Positions 27,642 through 40,530 of a stretch of DNA of 64,000 bases are shown piece after piece. Where the stretch lies: contig CAUYUJ010000214.1 in the NCBI GenBank assembly GCA_963575745.1, positions 310,001 to 374,000 on the forward strand, read 5' to 3'. Source of the DNA: Prorocentrum cordatum (lineage: Eukaryota). Positions within the stretch are counted from its first letter, which is position 1, and each line of letters starts with the position of its first letter. The position numbers and the translations under genes were made by a program. The notes beneath the pieces were generated by a model. That model saw only the letters and a program-made list of their open reading frames with translations. It did not search any database and was not told the DNA's origin.

Positions 27642-28465
27642 CATTGGAAACCCAAGAGTCACCAACGATGTTGGAATTAACCCTCCCTCCAAACTCCCTC
27701 GGCATAGGCCCCTACAGCGGTTCATTTCCATTGAGGGAATTGCCTCGCTGGAAGACCACCGTTTGAAGATCCTCAAACGCGCCTCGGGATTTCAACGCCA
27801 CGCACCAACCTGTGTGCTGCGTCTTGACGATCCAGAATATTGCCAGTACGTTTTCTGTGTCTTTTCTGGGCTTCAACACAGAGAATCAACACAACTGTTG
27901 CACCCGCGTGATCATGAATCCTTCCAAAACACCTTTGCTTGGTACGTTGATCATGGGAGTCCATGAGACGCTTGCAAATGTTGAAGGCGAATGTGCGCGG
28001 CGTTGAAAAGGAACCGCCCTCAATCCGTGAAGCTTTCGCAACTGTTTAACAATAGTGTGCGCGGCGCCAAGGCGAGAGCCACATTTTGAAAACCACCCGC
28101 CCTCAATCCGTGAAGCTATTGGACGTGCTTTAAACGAATGTGCGCGGCGCTATGGCGAGAGCCACATGTTGAAAACCACCCCGCCCTCATTCCGTGAAGC
28201 TCTTGCAATTTGTTAAAACGAATGTGCGTGGTTCTAAATCGATAACTACATTTTGAAAATCACCCGCCCCAATCTGTGAAACTCTTGCAAATGTTTAAAA
28301 CGAATGTGCGCGGCGCTAAGGCGAGAACCACATTTTGAAGACGACTTGCCCTCCATCTGTGAAGATGCTGTTACGTTTGAAGCGTCCGATTCATACGTGG
28401 CGAGGAAGCCTCGTGCGAAACGTCTGGCCCGCCCTAAAATCTGGCCTCGGGGTGCGACAGGGAGG
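27642..28465. mobile_element. ~800-bp non-autonomous repeat with an internal ~80-bp tandem array, copy 1
   Basis: Shares the head aaacccaagagtca..ccctccctccaa, the tandem unit gtgcgcggcgctaaggcgagagccacattttgaaaa and the tail cgaaacg..ccta.aa..cgggg with the copies at 56125 and 57018. Confidence 0.8.
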
Positions 28466-28482
28466 AATTATCTATAAGAATA

Positions 28483-29135
28483 AGGGAGGAAGAGGAGGAG
28501 GAGGGAGGAGGAGGAGAGGAAGGAGGAGGAGGAGGAGGAGGAGGAGGAGGAGGAGGAGGAGGAGGAGGAGGGAGGAGCAGCGGAGGCGGAGGGAGGAGGC
28601 GGAGGAGGAGAGGAGGAGGAGGAGGAGGCGGAGGCGGAGGCGGAGGAGGAGGAGGAGGAGGAGGAGGAAGAGAGGAGGAGGAGGAGGAGGAGGAGGAGGA
28701 GGAAGAAGAGGGGGAGGGGAGGAGGAGAAAACAGGAGGAGGATGAGGATGAGGAGGAAGAGGAGGAGGAGGGAGGAGGAGGAGGAGGAGGAGGAGGAGGA
28801 GGAGGAGAGGAGGAGGAGGAGGAGGAGGAGGAGGAGGAGGAGGAGAGAGAGGAGGAGGAAAACAGGAGGAGGAGGAGAAGGAGGAGGCTAGGAGGAGAAT
28901 GAGGAGGAGAAACTAGAGGAGAGAGGAGGAGGAGGAGGAGAGGAGGAGGAGGAGGAGGAGGAGGAGGAGGAGGAGGAGGAGGAGGAGGAGGAGGAGGCGG
29001 AGGATGAGGATGAGGAGGAGGAGGAGGAGGAGGAGGAGGACGAGGAGGGAGGACGGAGGAGGAGGAGGAGGAGGAGGAGGAGGAGGAGGAGGGAAGACGG
29101 AGGAGGACGAGGGAGGAGGGAGGACGGAGGAGGAC
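28483..29135 (+). repeat. (GAG)n-rich tract
   Basis: Direct reading. Confidence 0.95.
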
Positions 29136-29894
29136 TTTTTTCAGGAGAAGGCAGACTGGAGGAGCATGAGGAGGCAGACCCGAAGCCTTCGCCGCCCCGG
29201 CCGGGCACTGCCCGCCCCGAAGGACGCGCGCGCGCAGCGGCGGCGGCGGCAGGCTGCGGCGGCAGGCTGCGGCGGCAGGCCGCGGCAACGCGCGACTCCA
29301 GGGAGGGCGCCGTGCCTTTCGCCATGAAGCAGAGGGGCGCTTTTCGTCCTCAGGGGGCTCGAGGGTCAAGGATCACGGGCGTTCTTCGTCCCTCCTGGGC
29401 CCCTGAGGAGGGCTTTTCGTCGCCAAGGCTAGCTTCCCTTCGGAACCCTGGCCAGAGCGCGCCCCAGGAGAAGTCCGGGGGCCTGTTTTTGAGGGGCTCG
29501 ACGTGACGAAAGGGGCCCTGAGGGAACCGTGTCTTGAGGTTATGTCGGGCCGGACGAAAGGGGGGATTGGAAAAGGGGGGTTACGAAATTTGCTGCATGC
29601 AGCTGGTTTCGGCCCCGCCGAGGGGTCCATTCCTCGATATGCCCCCTTTCTCCCGACCCGATTATGCGATGGGAGTCTGGAGACCTGACAGAAAACGGCT
29701 CGGGAGTAGGTGTGGTCCCAGGGCAAACCCCACGGGGGTGACCCGTTTCCTTCAGGACCCGCGTCCTTCATGCTAATCAGTGTCACCGAGATAGGGTATT
29801 TTGAGCTATTCAACAAGCGTGTGGCGTTGGATCGCGTGGGGGCGATCAAATGAGCCCGTCTGGCACTGGGCGTGAGTTGGGGTTGGCGCGTTCC

Positions 29895-30340
29895 AGTCGT
29901 CTCCCCGACTCCGGCTCCCAACCGATGCCAGCTCTCATCTCTCCGACTCCGGTTCCGAGTTGTCCGATTCAGTCTCCTCATTTTTCGACTCCGACACCTA
30001 ACTTTCCGAGTCCAACTCCCATCTCTCCGAATTCAACTCCCAATTTTCCGACTCCGACGCCCGTCTTCCCGACTCCGGCTCCCAACCGATTCCAGCTCTC
30101 ATCTCTCCGACTCCGGTTCCGAATTGTCCGACTCAGTTTCCTAATTTTTCGACTCCGACACCCAACTCTCCGACCCCAACTCCCATCTCTCCGAGTTCAG
30201 CTTCCAATTTTCCGACTTCGACGCCCGTCTCTCTGGCTCTGTCTCCCAGTTTACCGCTTCCGGCTGCCCCCGTCATTCCGACTCCAGCTCCCGCGTTCCC
30301 GACTTCAGCCCCCTATTTTCCGACTTCGGCCGAGTTCCGA
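29895..30340. repeat. ccgactcc-based tandem repeat; short second block at 31730-31795
   Basis: Recurrent ccgactccggctcccaaccgat / tctccgactcc. Confidence 0.8.
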
Positions 30341-30409
30341 GTTCAGAATTGAGGCGTTCTGGCGCACACGCCGTTTCCTACACGGGACGCCCTCTGGGAG
30401 AATTTCACA

Positions 30410-30930
30410 CCAGGCGAATTAAAATGGGATGGATTCAAACCGGGCGAAGTAAAATTGGATGAATTTAAACCGGACGAAATAAAGCCGGATGAATTTAAAC
30501 CGGGCGAATTCAAGCTGAATTTAAACTGGACGAATTAGAACCGGATGAATTTAATCCGGGCGAGTTGAAACCGGATGAATTTAAACCGAACGAATGAAAG
30601 CCATATGAATTTCATTTGATGAATGAAAACTGGATGATTCTTTCCGGACGAATTTAAACCGGACGTGTTTATAAACGGAATAGACCAAATAGACAACGCA
30701 AGCCACACAGTGGCACGCAGAGAACATTAGAACCATATGATTTTAAACCGCACGGATGAAAACCTCATGAATTTACATTGGGGGAATTCCAACCGGATGG
30801 ATTTAAACCTGGGCGATTTTAAGCCGGATGTATTTAAACTGGATGAAATGACACGGATGGAAGTACATTGATGAGATTAAACGGACTTTATTAAACGGAT
30901 GTAATAAAACGGATGAAATTAAATTCGAGT
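30410..30930. repeat. 15-bp satellite (aaaccggatgaattt)n; second block at 31796-31968
   Basis: Direct reading of the 15-nt period. Confidence 0.85.
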
Positions 30931-32304
30931 GAAACAGCGGTGAATCCGTTTTGCTCCCCCTCATCCTCTTTCTATTCTTTTTCTGGTTGTCCCTCATTCT
31001 TTTTCATCCCTCCTCAAGCAAACAGTATGGGTGCTATTCTCTTTCCTCCATCGAAGTTTTGCGTAATATCGATCTCCCACCCCGCGAAGTGTTTTTGCTA
31101 CACGGACGTTATCAACATCTGTTGTTTTACGTTTTTCGATGCTGCAGACCAGACGAATTGGGGAAACAACGATTCTTGTCCGCTTAAGCGTTTGCCTTCA
31201 CAGCCTGACCACACCAGGCGCACAAGTAGCGGTTGCGGTGGAACATGTGGATTACCCTACAGGGTCAATGCCAACATCAAAGGCCTCAAATCGAGGGAAG
31301 GCCGGTACAGCCAAAGAGACGGCAACGAGCGGCAACACGCAACGAACATGTCACGAAGTATGGTCCGCAAGTGCAGAAGGAGGAGGAGGGAGGAGGACAG
31401 AAGGAAGGAGAGGAGGAGGAGGAGCGAGGAAAGAGAAACCAGTCAAAAGCCAGGAGCAGCGTTCAAGCCAACTTGCAATAGGCGAGCCGCCACGCGCACC
31501 CTGGGACTGGAGCAGTGGACTGTAGAGCTGGCTTGAAGACCGCGGAGCTTTGTTGTGCAATCCGATAGTTTCCGGCGTTTCACAGTGGTGCTCCCGCTGC
31601 AGCGTGGGCCTCTCTCTCGGATCGGCGCTGCGCTCCCGTCGTTCAAAATGGAGAGCTTTCTGTGGTCCTCCTTATTGCCAATTCCCAGTTCTTATCTTCC
31701 GTTCGCAGGTTTTGTAATTCCAGCCCGCAGTTCTCCGACTCCGGCACTCGTCTCCCCGACTCCGGCTCCCAACCGATTCCAGCTCCAGGGCGACTTCAAC
31801 CGGATGGATCCAAACCGGACGAATTAAAACAGGATGAATTTAAACCAGACGGAATAATATTGGATGGTTTTAAACCGGCGAATCAACACCGGATGATTTC
31901 AAACCAGACGCAGTTAGAAAAACGGATAAACCGGACGAATTAAAACCGGATAAGTTTAAACCGGACAACCCAGACCTTCGCTTCTTCATAAAATTTTGGA
32001 GAAAGTAGTAAAGTCTTGACATTCTGAAAAAAGAAAAAAGAATGTGGCAACACGTAGACATTCTTCATACAGTTCTCCCAAAACAGGTTTTCTCCATTAA
32101 AAAAGAAGAATTCAGCGATATATCAAGTTTTTTATGACAATCTTCATTTTTTTTGAAGAATTCTATGTGCGTGTAAAGATAGAATGTAAGAAAAAAGCGT
32201 TGTAAGAAAACAGCTGTGTATGAAAAATCGCGGTTATCTCCCACCAGCCCATCCAGAAACGATGACCTGGCGAGTTGAGGTGAATTAGCAGGGAACATGC
32301 ATGC

Positions 32305-33734
32305 ATGAGCAAGGAAGTGGATCGCTGGTATAGTTTGGAAGAGGAGGAAGACGCGGGGGAAGAGGAGGAGGAGGAGGAGGAGGAGGATGAGGAGGAGGTG
32401 TGTGCAACTCGTGCTTGATTGCTCTCTGTGACACCTCGCCGCCCATCAAACACGTTGAGCACCCCCTGCCCCCATGGGGCGCTCAAAGTGTTGGGCCCCC
32501 GCCGCGGGGCAAAGCGCCAGCGATGTGCTGGGGCCATGCCTGAAGCCGACCTTGAGCTGGGTGCTGGCGGGCGACCTGTACCCGTCCACAGACATGAAGG
32601 GGGCATTCCACCAGGCACGCAGGGATAATGATCTAGGGGTCATGTGTGTTGAGTGTTTGTGCCCTTGCTCGGCATTTCAATTGTGACGCATCTCAATTGC
32701 AATGCCACGGTGAACGTATTATTCTCCTTTGCCCCATTGCGGACGAGAGAACAGCATCAGCATGTCGAGCACCGACATGCTGATGCTGTTCTCTCGTCCG
32801 CCGCCCCACCGCTCAGGGCTACATGGAGTCGTGCGCCTTGACCCTCCAGAAGCTGATGGAGACGGACCCGCGAGGCGGCCACCCTCCCCTCGTTCGTGCC
32901 GTCGTGGAGTTTCGTCGTGGCTGGACGACGTCGTTCGCTGTAGTGTCGCCCTGCCTCCTCCGTCGTTGGCAACCCTCCCTCGCCCAGTTCATTCCCGCCC
33001 TAGCTCCCTCCCCATCCCGTCCCCGCCTCACCCCCTCCATGACCCACTCCAGCATGATGCCATCCACCCCTGTTACGCCTATAGGCGGGTACTTCCTGCA
33101 GGAGGACGTGAGGAGCACCGTCGAGCACTTGTGCAACGACGACACGCTCAAGAAGCTCCTCATGAAGAAGGCGGCGGAGCTCGGAGATACGGAGAAGGAC
33201 AGCTGCCCTTGTTTTGGGACTGAGGAAGGGGGAGGAGCAGAGAGAGGTAGAGAGAGAGAGAGAGAGCGATATCTAGATATATGTGTGTATAACTAGAGGG
33301 AGAGAGAGAGGGAGAAATAGAGAGAGATAGAAAACAACAACAGCAACAACAACAACAACACCACCACCATCAACAACAACAACAACAACAACAGCAACCA
33401 CAACGAGTAAGAGAGAGAGAGGGAGAGGCAGAGGGAGGAGGGAGGGGGAACGACTTGGAGGGAACTGGTGGGACAATGCAGGATCGCTCGATCCAGAATC
33501 GATCAAGTCGAGGTCGAGGATTGTATCGTTCGGCTGGTTGCCACGGGGTGTATGCACTCAATTGGCCTCTCCTTATAAGGAGAGGCCAATTGAGTGAAGC
33601 GTCTTAGAAACATGCGCCCGCGCGCGGAATACAATCCGAGGGCACGATCGAGCAGGTCGCCTTCCGCTACCGCGTGATGTGCAGCATCTTGCGGGTGAAG
33701 TACGATCAATGCCAGGACATGTTCTTGTCCAGCG

Positions 33735-33818
<84 letters not shown>

Positions 33819-34167
33819 CTCTCTCTTGTCAATGCCAGAAGGGAGGCGGCTAAGAGGTGTGCAAGTTTTTGCACCTCTTAGCCGTCCCCCTCTGACACGC
33901 CCTTCCAACCAGCCCAGATTTATCGGCCAAGGCTCGCCCGAGCACGTGCCTGCAAAGCATCACCCCCCTCCCTCCTAGGCCTCGAAGGGGCACTTCGCGA
34001 AGATGCCGAAATGCATCCAGGATATTTTGCTGGTGATGCTGGGGAAGTCGAGAGCGTGCCGTTTCGCAGCAATTCCAAGCATGAGCGTCCTGGATTCATG
34101 TTCGAATTTGGTGTCCGATGTCAGGTTATTTTTGTTCTGACGTCAGTTTTTTTTCTCTGACGTCATG

Positions 34168-34198
<31 letters not shown>

Positions 34199-37100
34199 AT
34201 TGTTGTTGTTTGGTTTCTTATGTCAGGTTTTTTTCTGTCAGTTTTTTTTTTGTGTTTCTGATGTTTGTTTCCCTGACGTTCGTGTTTTTGTTTCCGACGC
34301 TAGTTAGGGATAAGAGCGAGGGATGGTTCTGGAGGAGAGTTGTTTGCAACGTTTGCGACTCGAGGGCGATGGTGTCGCCTTGTCCGTGGCCTCTGATCGC
34401 GAGCATGCCCGCCCTGCCCAGCCGGCCCAGGTGATCTCTCGCCAGATAAGCAGCACGAGTCGCGCGGCTGGATCCGCTCCTACACCAGGGACGCACCTGC
34501 CATCGCGCAGGCCAGCCAGCATCGGGCAGCATAGAGCAATAATGTTCGTGACACTGCTATAGCAGTGTCACTAACAGTATTGCTCGATTTATGTGTGGCA
34601 TCTAGATGTATATATACATGATGGTCGGTTCGCTTCCTCGGCCTCTCGCCCACTGACTCTTGCCCGTGTCCTTGCTTCCCTCGCCCTCGACCGCTGCGAG
34701 GCAAGAGAAGCCCAGCCCGTTCGCTGCATTCAGGAGCTCGGACGCAGCGGAGACCGATGATGAGGATGACGACTCACCAAATTCGTCACATGCCGTCTCG
34801 CGCTACTTCGACGGTCGCCAGGCGCGACGGGCGTGCGTGCCCCCTCCTCCTCCCTCCTCCCGTTCCTTCCCGCCTCCCTCCTCCCTCGCTCCCTCCCTCC
34901 CTCCTCCTCCTCCCTCAGTAGGTACCCCCTCCTCCCTCCTCAAACCCCCCTCTTGCATCATCCCTCTACCTACCTCCCCCCACCCTTGGCGCGCTAGATA
35001 GGGTGGGTCGGCGCACGCTGCACAGGCGCTGACGCTGATTGCCAGCGGTATGACCAAGGAGGCGAAGTTGAGGGCTGGGCCAAGGCTCGCAGGGGGGAAG
35101 GGAGGGTCGTATGTTGTCAATGGCAATGGCCGTGAGCACGGGGATGGGAATTGACCGTCATGTATAGGATCTCCAACGCAGTTGAAACAGCATGGAGGTG
35201 TGAGCAATTGATGTGTCATGGAGGGATGGGGGGGGACTGAGACGAGCGCCGCATAGGGGCTTCGTGGTGGCGACGCACAACGATGGAGTGGAGACCGAGC
35301 TGGTGATCCGCAACGACTGCTTGGGTGAGGACCCTCTCCGAATGCTAGCCGCATGGATTCCCTTTGGTTTCACCCTTGGGTGAAACCAAAGGGTCAGCGT
35401 CCCCCTTGCCATCGTCCTCCCCCTCATCCTCGTCTTCCCTCTCGTCCTCCTCCACCTCCTCCCCATCCTCCTCCTTGAACGCAGGGGAGTCAATTTGGCT
35501 ATAGCTAGGCAAATCGACCCCTTTGTTTTCCACTCCCCCCACCAGCTTGCGCCTTCGGTTGCTAAACAGCCAATCTGTTGACGAAAGATGCGTCTACAGG
35601 ACGGCACAGTGGCACCCGAGAAGGAGATCCCCGTGCCCAAAAGAAAAGCTAAAGCTAAAGCCAAAGGAAAAGGAAAAGCAACACCAAAACCGAAAGCTAA
35701 AGGCCGTGGCAAAAGAACATGCGAGAACGACCTCGCCACCCCTCCAGCCAAGCGGAGCCGTGTAACCAGCGACGACGACAGTGATGGAGATGCAGATGAT
35801 GAGGAGGATGAGGATATCACAGCTGGAGATGAAGTGGCTGCTCTAGAAGACGATTACGGTAGGAAGGAGGTCGCAGAGTTGGCAGCTGCGCTGGCTGATC
35901 ACACAGACACGCCCCCCAAGCACACGGCCAAGCCCATGCCCAAGGTCAGCCTCAAGAAGCCAGCTGCAAGCACGCCAATGCAGTCCGACGCCGCAAGTCC
36001 TGGAGCCGCCATCAAGAAGCCAGCAGCTAAAGAGAGCTGTGGTGCACCAGATGCTGGAGGCGACCAAGTTACGTCAGAGGTCGCATCTGCTGCTCACTCG
36101 AATGTTACCCGTGTCTATAGATATGATTGGTGTCATGTCGTCTCGTTCCCGCGCCCGTGGTATATTCGCCCCTGCAGCCCTAGCTGTACGCCCATCTCTT
36201 TCTAGCAATTGTTTCACGGGCATCCCCATCGTTAGTTGCTCAATACTTCGACTCCTCAGGTCGTGCCGATGCGCTTGATGGATACTCCGTCCCACAATGG
36301 TGGCCGCTGCATCTTCCTGTTGACAGCTGGCAGCGACAAGGCGCAGGCTACAATTTCCCTTTTTTTGAGGCGCTTTCCAGAGCACGTCCGAAACGTCGCC
36401 CTCCCCCCCCCCCTGCACCTCCCCCCCCCGATTGCGAATTGCAATACCACCCTCCATGAGCGTGCCGTGTCGCAACGCCTGTCCTACAAACGAGGTTGCA
36501 ATGATGTTGCGTACCGTTCTGTGTTCTGGCGTCAAGTGTTTGTGGTCTTATCAGGTTTTTGTTATGACGTCAAATGTTCTGTCATGTACCGAGTGCTGGT
36601 TTACGTCAGCTGTGACGTGCCGCAACATGGCGCTGCAACTGATTTCCGCTATCAGCTGGTTAACTGCACCAAGACGGCGGCGGATGAGCATTCCACTACT
36701 CCTCAGGCTGTGCGGCTCCCACCCCGATGGCATGCATATTCTCTGGGTTCGAATGTGTGTATCAACGCGTATCTAGCTAGACATGTGTATATACATCTAT
36801 GTGTACACGGACAGAGTGACCTCACCAGTCAGTGGCAGGGCGAGGCGGAGGAGGAGGAGGAGGATTGAGATGTGTTTGAGGTGACAGGTCGAGTGACGCT
36901 GGCAAAGGGAATTGCATAAGAAAACGAGTCTACGGAGGCTGTCATTTCCAAGGTGCTCAAGCGTCTGGAGGAGGAGATTGATGTGAAGACCATGCAAACA
37001 CGCTTCAACGTGGACAAAGTCAAGGAGTGCAGTGTTGAACGTGGCTCGAAGCCCCCAGGGGGATTTCTGAAAGTTTGGAGTTATTTTCGACTCGACGTCG

Positions 37101-37245
37101 TCATGGTCTGGTCGAGGTAGGAAGCTGGATCAATAGGAATGATTGCTCCCACCCTCCGCGCAAAAAGGAGATGTGCGCCGCTGACATGAAGCACATCAGG
37201 GAGACGGCCGTGAAGTTGCGCGACATAGCGCTGGAGGAGGACTAG
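32305..37245 (+). CDS. Transposon gene A: 15-exon unknown protein of about 497 aa with a Lys/Ala-rich, KKPAA-containing region
   Basis: Phase-consistent exons 32305-32327, 32515-32614, 32817-32874, 33085-33197, 33641-33715, 33979-34020, 34431-34489, 34701-34821, 35026-35084, 35257-35329, 35600-36067, 36260-36346, 36656-36706, 36938-37024 and 37168-37245 (total 1494 nt, no internal stop). Reads ...METDPRGGYFLQEDV...YRVMCSILRVKY...AGPRGFVVATHNDGVETELVIRND...KRKAKAKAKGKGK...KKPAA. Confidence 0.75.
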
Positions 37246-37437
37246 GTTTGGGAAGCAAGGTTATGCTCTAGGCCGCCGCTAAAGTTTGTTGCGCTCGCAC
37301 TAGCCACCCCCCTTCACCCGTTCTCCAGGCCAAGACGATCATGAGTTTGCGTTGTCAATCGAAGTTCATCGTTTGAAACATCATGGCCGTCAGGAGCCCC
37401 CCCCCCTCGACATGACACTGGCCTTCAGAAACCAAAG

Positions 37438-39965
37438 ATGTCGAAGGTCAGCTCACTAGTGCGATGCGCATGCAGTTATAGGCTTCGGATGCAGACCCCG
37501 CGCATGCAGACACTGCGGTGATCGATTATTTATGCGCCTCGTCCACCATGGAACTGGGCGCCACCAGACGGCCCCACTCGAGGCCGAAAGATGCTGGAAA
37601 TGCTCGCCGATTCGCTCTTCCTCATCCTCCTCTCACCCTCGTCATCACTCTCCCCTCCAATTTCTGTATCCCCTTCTCCTTCCGCGTCGGCTCATCCTGT
37701 TCACTGTCCTACTTGCGTGCCCCCTCCCCCATGGGTTCATTCGGTCCCGTGCGACTTGACAATGTGATTGACGATGGATCTCGAGTTGCCCCCGTCTGTC
37801 TACACGCTAGATACAGCCAAGGCGCTGACACAAGGAACCTATTGGACACGCACGGGGCACGATTTTTTTTGGTGATGGTTGTTCCTCTAGCGCTCCTCGT
37901 GCACGATGGCGCGTTTAGGGTCAACGACGGTTTCGTTCCTTATTCCCTTATGTCAGCGGCCCGACGGCACTCGCACAAATGGAAGAAGGGGTGCAGAATG
38001 AAACAAACGGCTTACACGTTAGCGCAGCAGTCGGTTCAAGTGTGTGGGGCGCGACCTCGTACTGACTGACCGCCTCGCGCTTTTTTTTGGCGACGCTGGG
38101 AAGAGAATGCCCGAGGAGAGATATGATGAAACGGAGGAGGGGGAAGATCGCAAGGAGTACGAGGAGGAGAAAAGGAGGAGGAGGAGGAGGAAGAATACCC
38201 CAAGTCCTCGCCGTCCTCCTCCTCCTCCTCCTCCTCCTTCCTCCTCCTCCCCCGCCTCCTCCTCCTCCTCCTCCTCCCCCTCCTCCTCCTCCTCCTCCTC
38301 TTCCTCCTCCTCCTCCTCCGCCCGAAAGGGGTGAGAAGCACTGAGTGGGGGGGGGGCTTCCTCCACCACTCCGCGGAGGTGACGCGTGCCCGATGTCAAC
38401 GGCGTCGGGAGATGCTGCACGTGGGACACCGCCAGCGTTCACGATTCCAGATTCTGATTCGAATTCACCGTCCCCGAGCATCTTGAGTGCATCTACATTG
38501 CCTCTACGCGGCGCGTCCGCAGAGGACTTCGGGTGTACACATGTGTTCTGTTGTCGGCCCTGGCGACCTCAGTCTCGCTCCCCCTCCCCACGTCCCGTCG
38601 CACGCCTCCCAAATCCATGCCACAATCCCCCTATGCCTCTATAGAAACATCGGGGGATTGGACTCTAGTTGTGAGCACCCGTTTGCTCAATCAGGACGGT
38701 GACTTGTGGGACATGATTAACGAGCAGCAGTCTGACGGAGCTACTCCCCTGGCTGAGAAATGCGATTTGGAGAAGCAGGCCATCGGTTCTTAAGAAGTGT
38801 TGTGAGTGTTCGGTTGTTGATTTCCCTCGCGGCCACACGTGCATGAATTACCATCCCCCCCTCAACCCATGCCTCCACTCGAGCAGGAAGGTCCCGACGG
38901 ACTGAGAACCTTCCTGCGCGAGTGGAACAAAGCCCTGTGGGGCCGCTGGTCCGCTACTCGGGGTTAAGAGGGTGCCCGAGCTCGAGACTGAGTCCGATGA
39001 GCCCGAACTTGGAGAGGGAGGGAGAGGTCATGTGGATGGAGGATGAGGGTGGAGGAGGATGCGGAGAAGGAGGGGGAGGAGGAGGAGGCAGAGGGGGAGA
39101 GGTTCACCCCGCCCTGAAGGCGGCGGCGAAGTCGCACATCGAGACCATGCGCAAGATGATGATGGACCAGGCGAAGGTGTTCTTGTGCAGCCCTCGAGTC
39201 CCTTCGGATTCCGAGGCCAGTGCGCGCGGAGAAGGAGGGGGGGGAGGAGGATGAGGAGGAGGAAGAGGAAGAGGAGGAGGAGGAGGATGAGGAGGAGGAG
39301 AAGAAAGAGGAGGAGGAGGAGGGCGAGGAGGAAGAGGAGGAGAAGGAGGAGGAGAGGGGGGAAGGAGAGGGAGGAGGAGGTGGAGGTGGAGGTGGGGGAG
39401 GAGGAGGAGGAGGAGGAGGAGGAGGAGGAGCAGGAGGAGGAGGAGGAGGAAGAGGATAAGGAGGAGGAAGGGGAGGAGGAGGGAAAGGGAGGAAGCGGGA
39501 GGGCTCGCGCTCGGAGAATCTTGAGGAGGAGGCGGAGAAGGAGGAGGACAAGGAAAAACAGGGGAAGGATGGTGAGGCAGACAGTTGCGGCGATGCTCAG
39601 TATGGTTTCTTTCTGTCCTGCCCTTGCCGCAGGTGCTCAAGAAGTTCGTGGAGCTGTTCGGTGACGGCGTATTGAGCAAGCTCGCGAAGGGAGAGTGGCC
39701 GTTCGACAATATCGAGGGTAAGTCCTCATCCTCAGACAGCAGCCAGAATATCAACGCGAGCTCCGTGTCACTCCCTCCCCGTCCGAAGTCCCCGAGCCCG
39801 AGTCCAGAGGGAGAGCCTGAGACTAAGCCAAACCCGTTCGTCGCTTTCCGACCCACTCTTGAGGCGCCCTCATCTGATGTGAAGTCCCCCATGCAGTCAA
39901 AGCGCGCTGCTTCCACTGAGAAGAAGCGCAAGCGCAGGCGTAGGAAGGCGAGCAGCTCTGACTAG
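37438..39965 (+). CDS. Transposon gene B: multi-exon unknown protein with a basic NLS-like C-terminus; 5' exons uncertain
   Basis: Exon-like blocks at ~38694 (DGDLWDMINEQQ..LEKQ), ~38887 (EGPDGLRTFLREWNKALWGRW), ~39102 (VHPALKAAAKSHIETMRKMMMDQAK) and 39633-39965 (VLKKFVELFGDGVLSKLAKGEWPF...EKKRKRRRRKASSSD*), with AG|G junctions. Confidence 0.6.
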
Positions 39966-40530
39966 ATCTCATCCCTGTCGCTCCCACCTCCCTCGTTAAC
40001 ACAGCCCTTGCCTTCTCGCACCCCTTCCTTACACCGCGTGACACACGCAAACTTCTCGGCTGCGCTGGTTGTTTCGAGTGCAGCCCACGAGCCGAGCTGG
40101 CGCGCTGTAGAGGGCGCCTGGTGCGCAGCGGACAGCGCCCTGCGCAGAGCAAGTCAAAAATGTAAGAAAAACTAGGTGTGTGTGAAAATTGAGTTTTTAC
40201 TGTGTTTTCACAGTCGAAATGCATTTTTAATACATTTTATGTTCTGTATTAAAACAATAGTTTATTGTTTTTTCACAGGTAAACTAGCTTTTTAATACAT
40301 TTTTTTCTGACAGCAATATTTTTCTGACAATGGATTCGCTGTAAAACACAATGTTTTCTCACTTTTTCATGCATTTTTTTCTGACAGAATGGTGCCCTGG
40401 GTCCCGCTCTCCGGCTTTCCGGCTCTCCGGAGTGCGCCTTCCCGCTCTCTGACTCGACCAGGCCTGGGCTGAGTAGCGTTCGGGCTCGAGGTCGGAGCCT
40501 TCAGACGCACGTGGCGCAGAGTTTCGGGCA

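Noticed and set aside
31020..31310. Minus-strand frame faintly resembling an SF3 helicase (GCEGK, FAGWEIDIT..API)
   Set aside because: It contains stops and has no proper Walker A/B; too weak without a search.
33503..33874. Minus-strand ORF (QEHVLALIVLHPQDAAHH...)
   Set aside because: It is the antisense of gene A exon 5 plus a (CT)n tract.
35588..36205. DVNP or true histone H1 call for the Lys-rich ORF
   Set aside because: No DVNP core or winged-helix motif; it is one exon of gene A.
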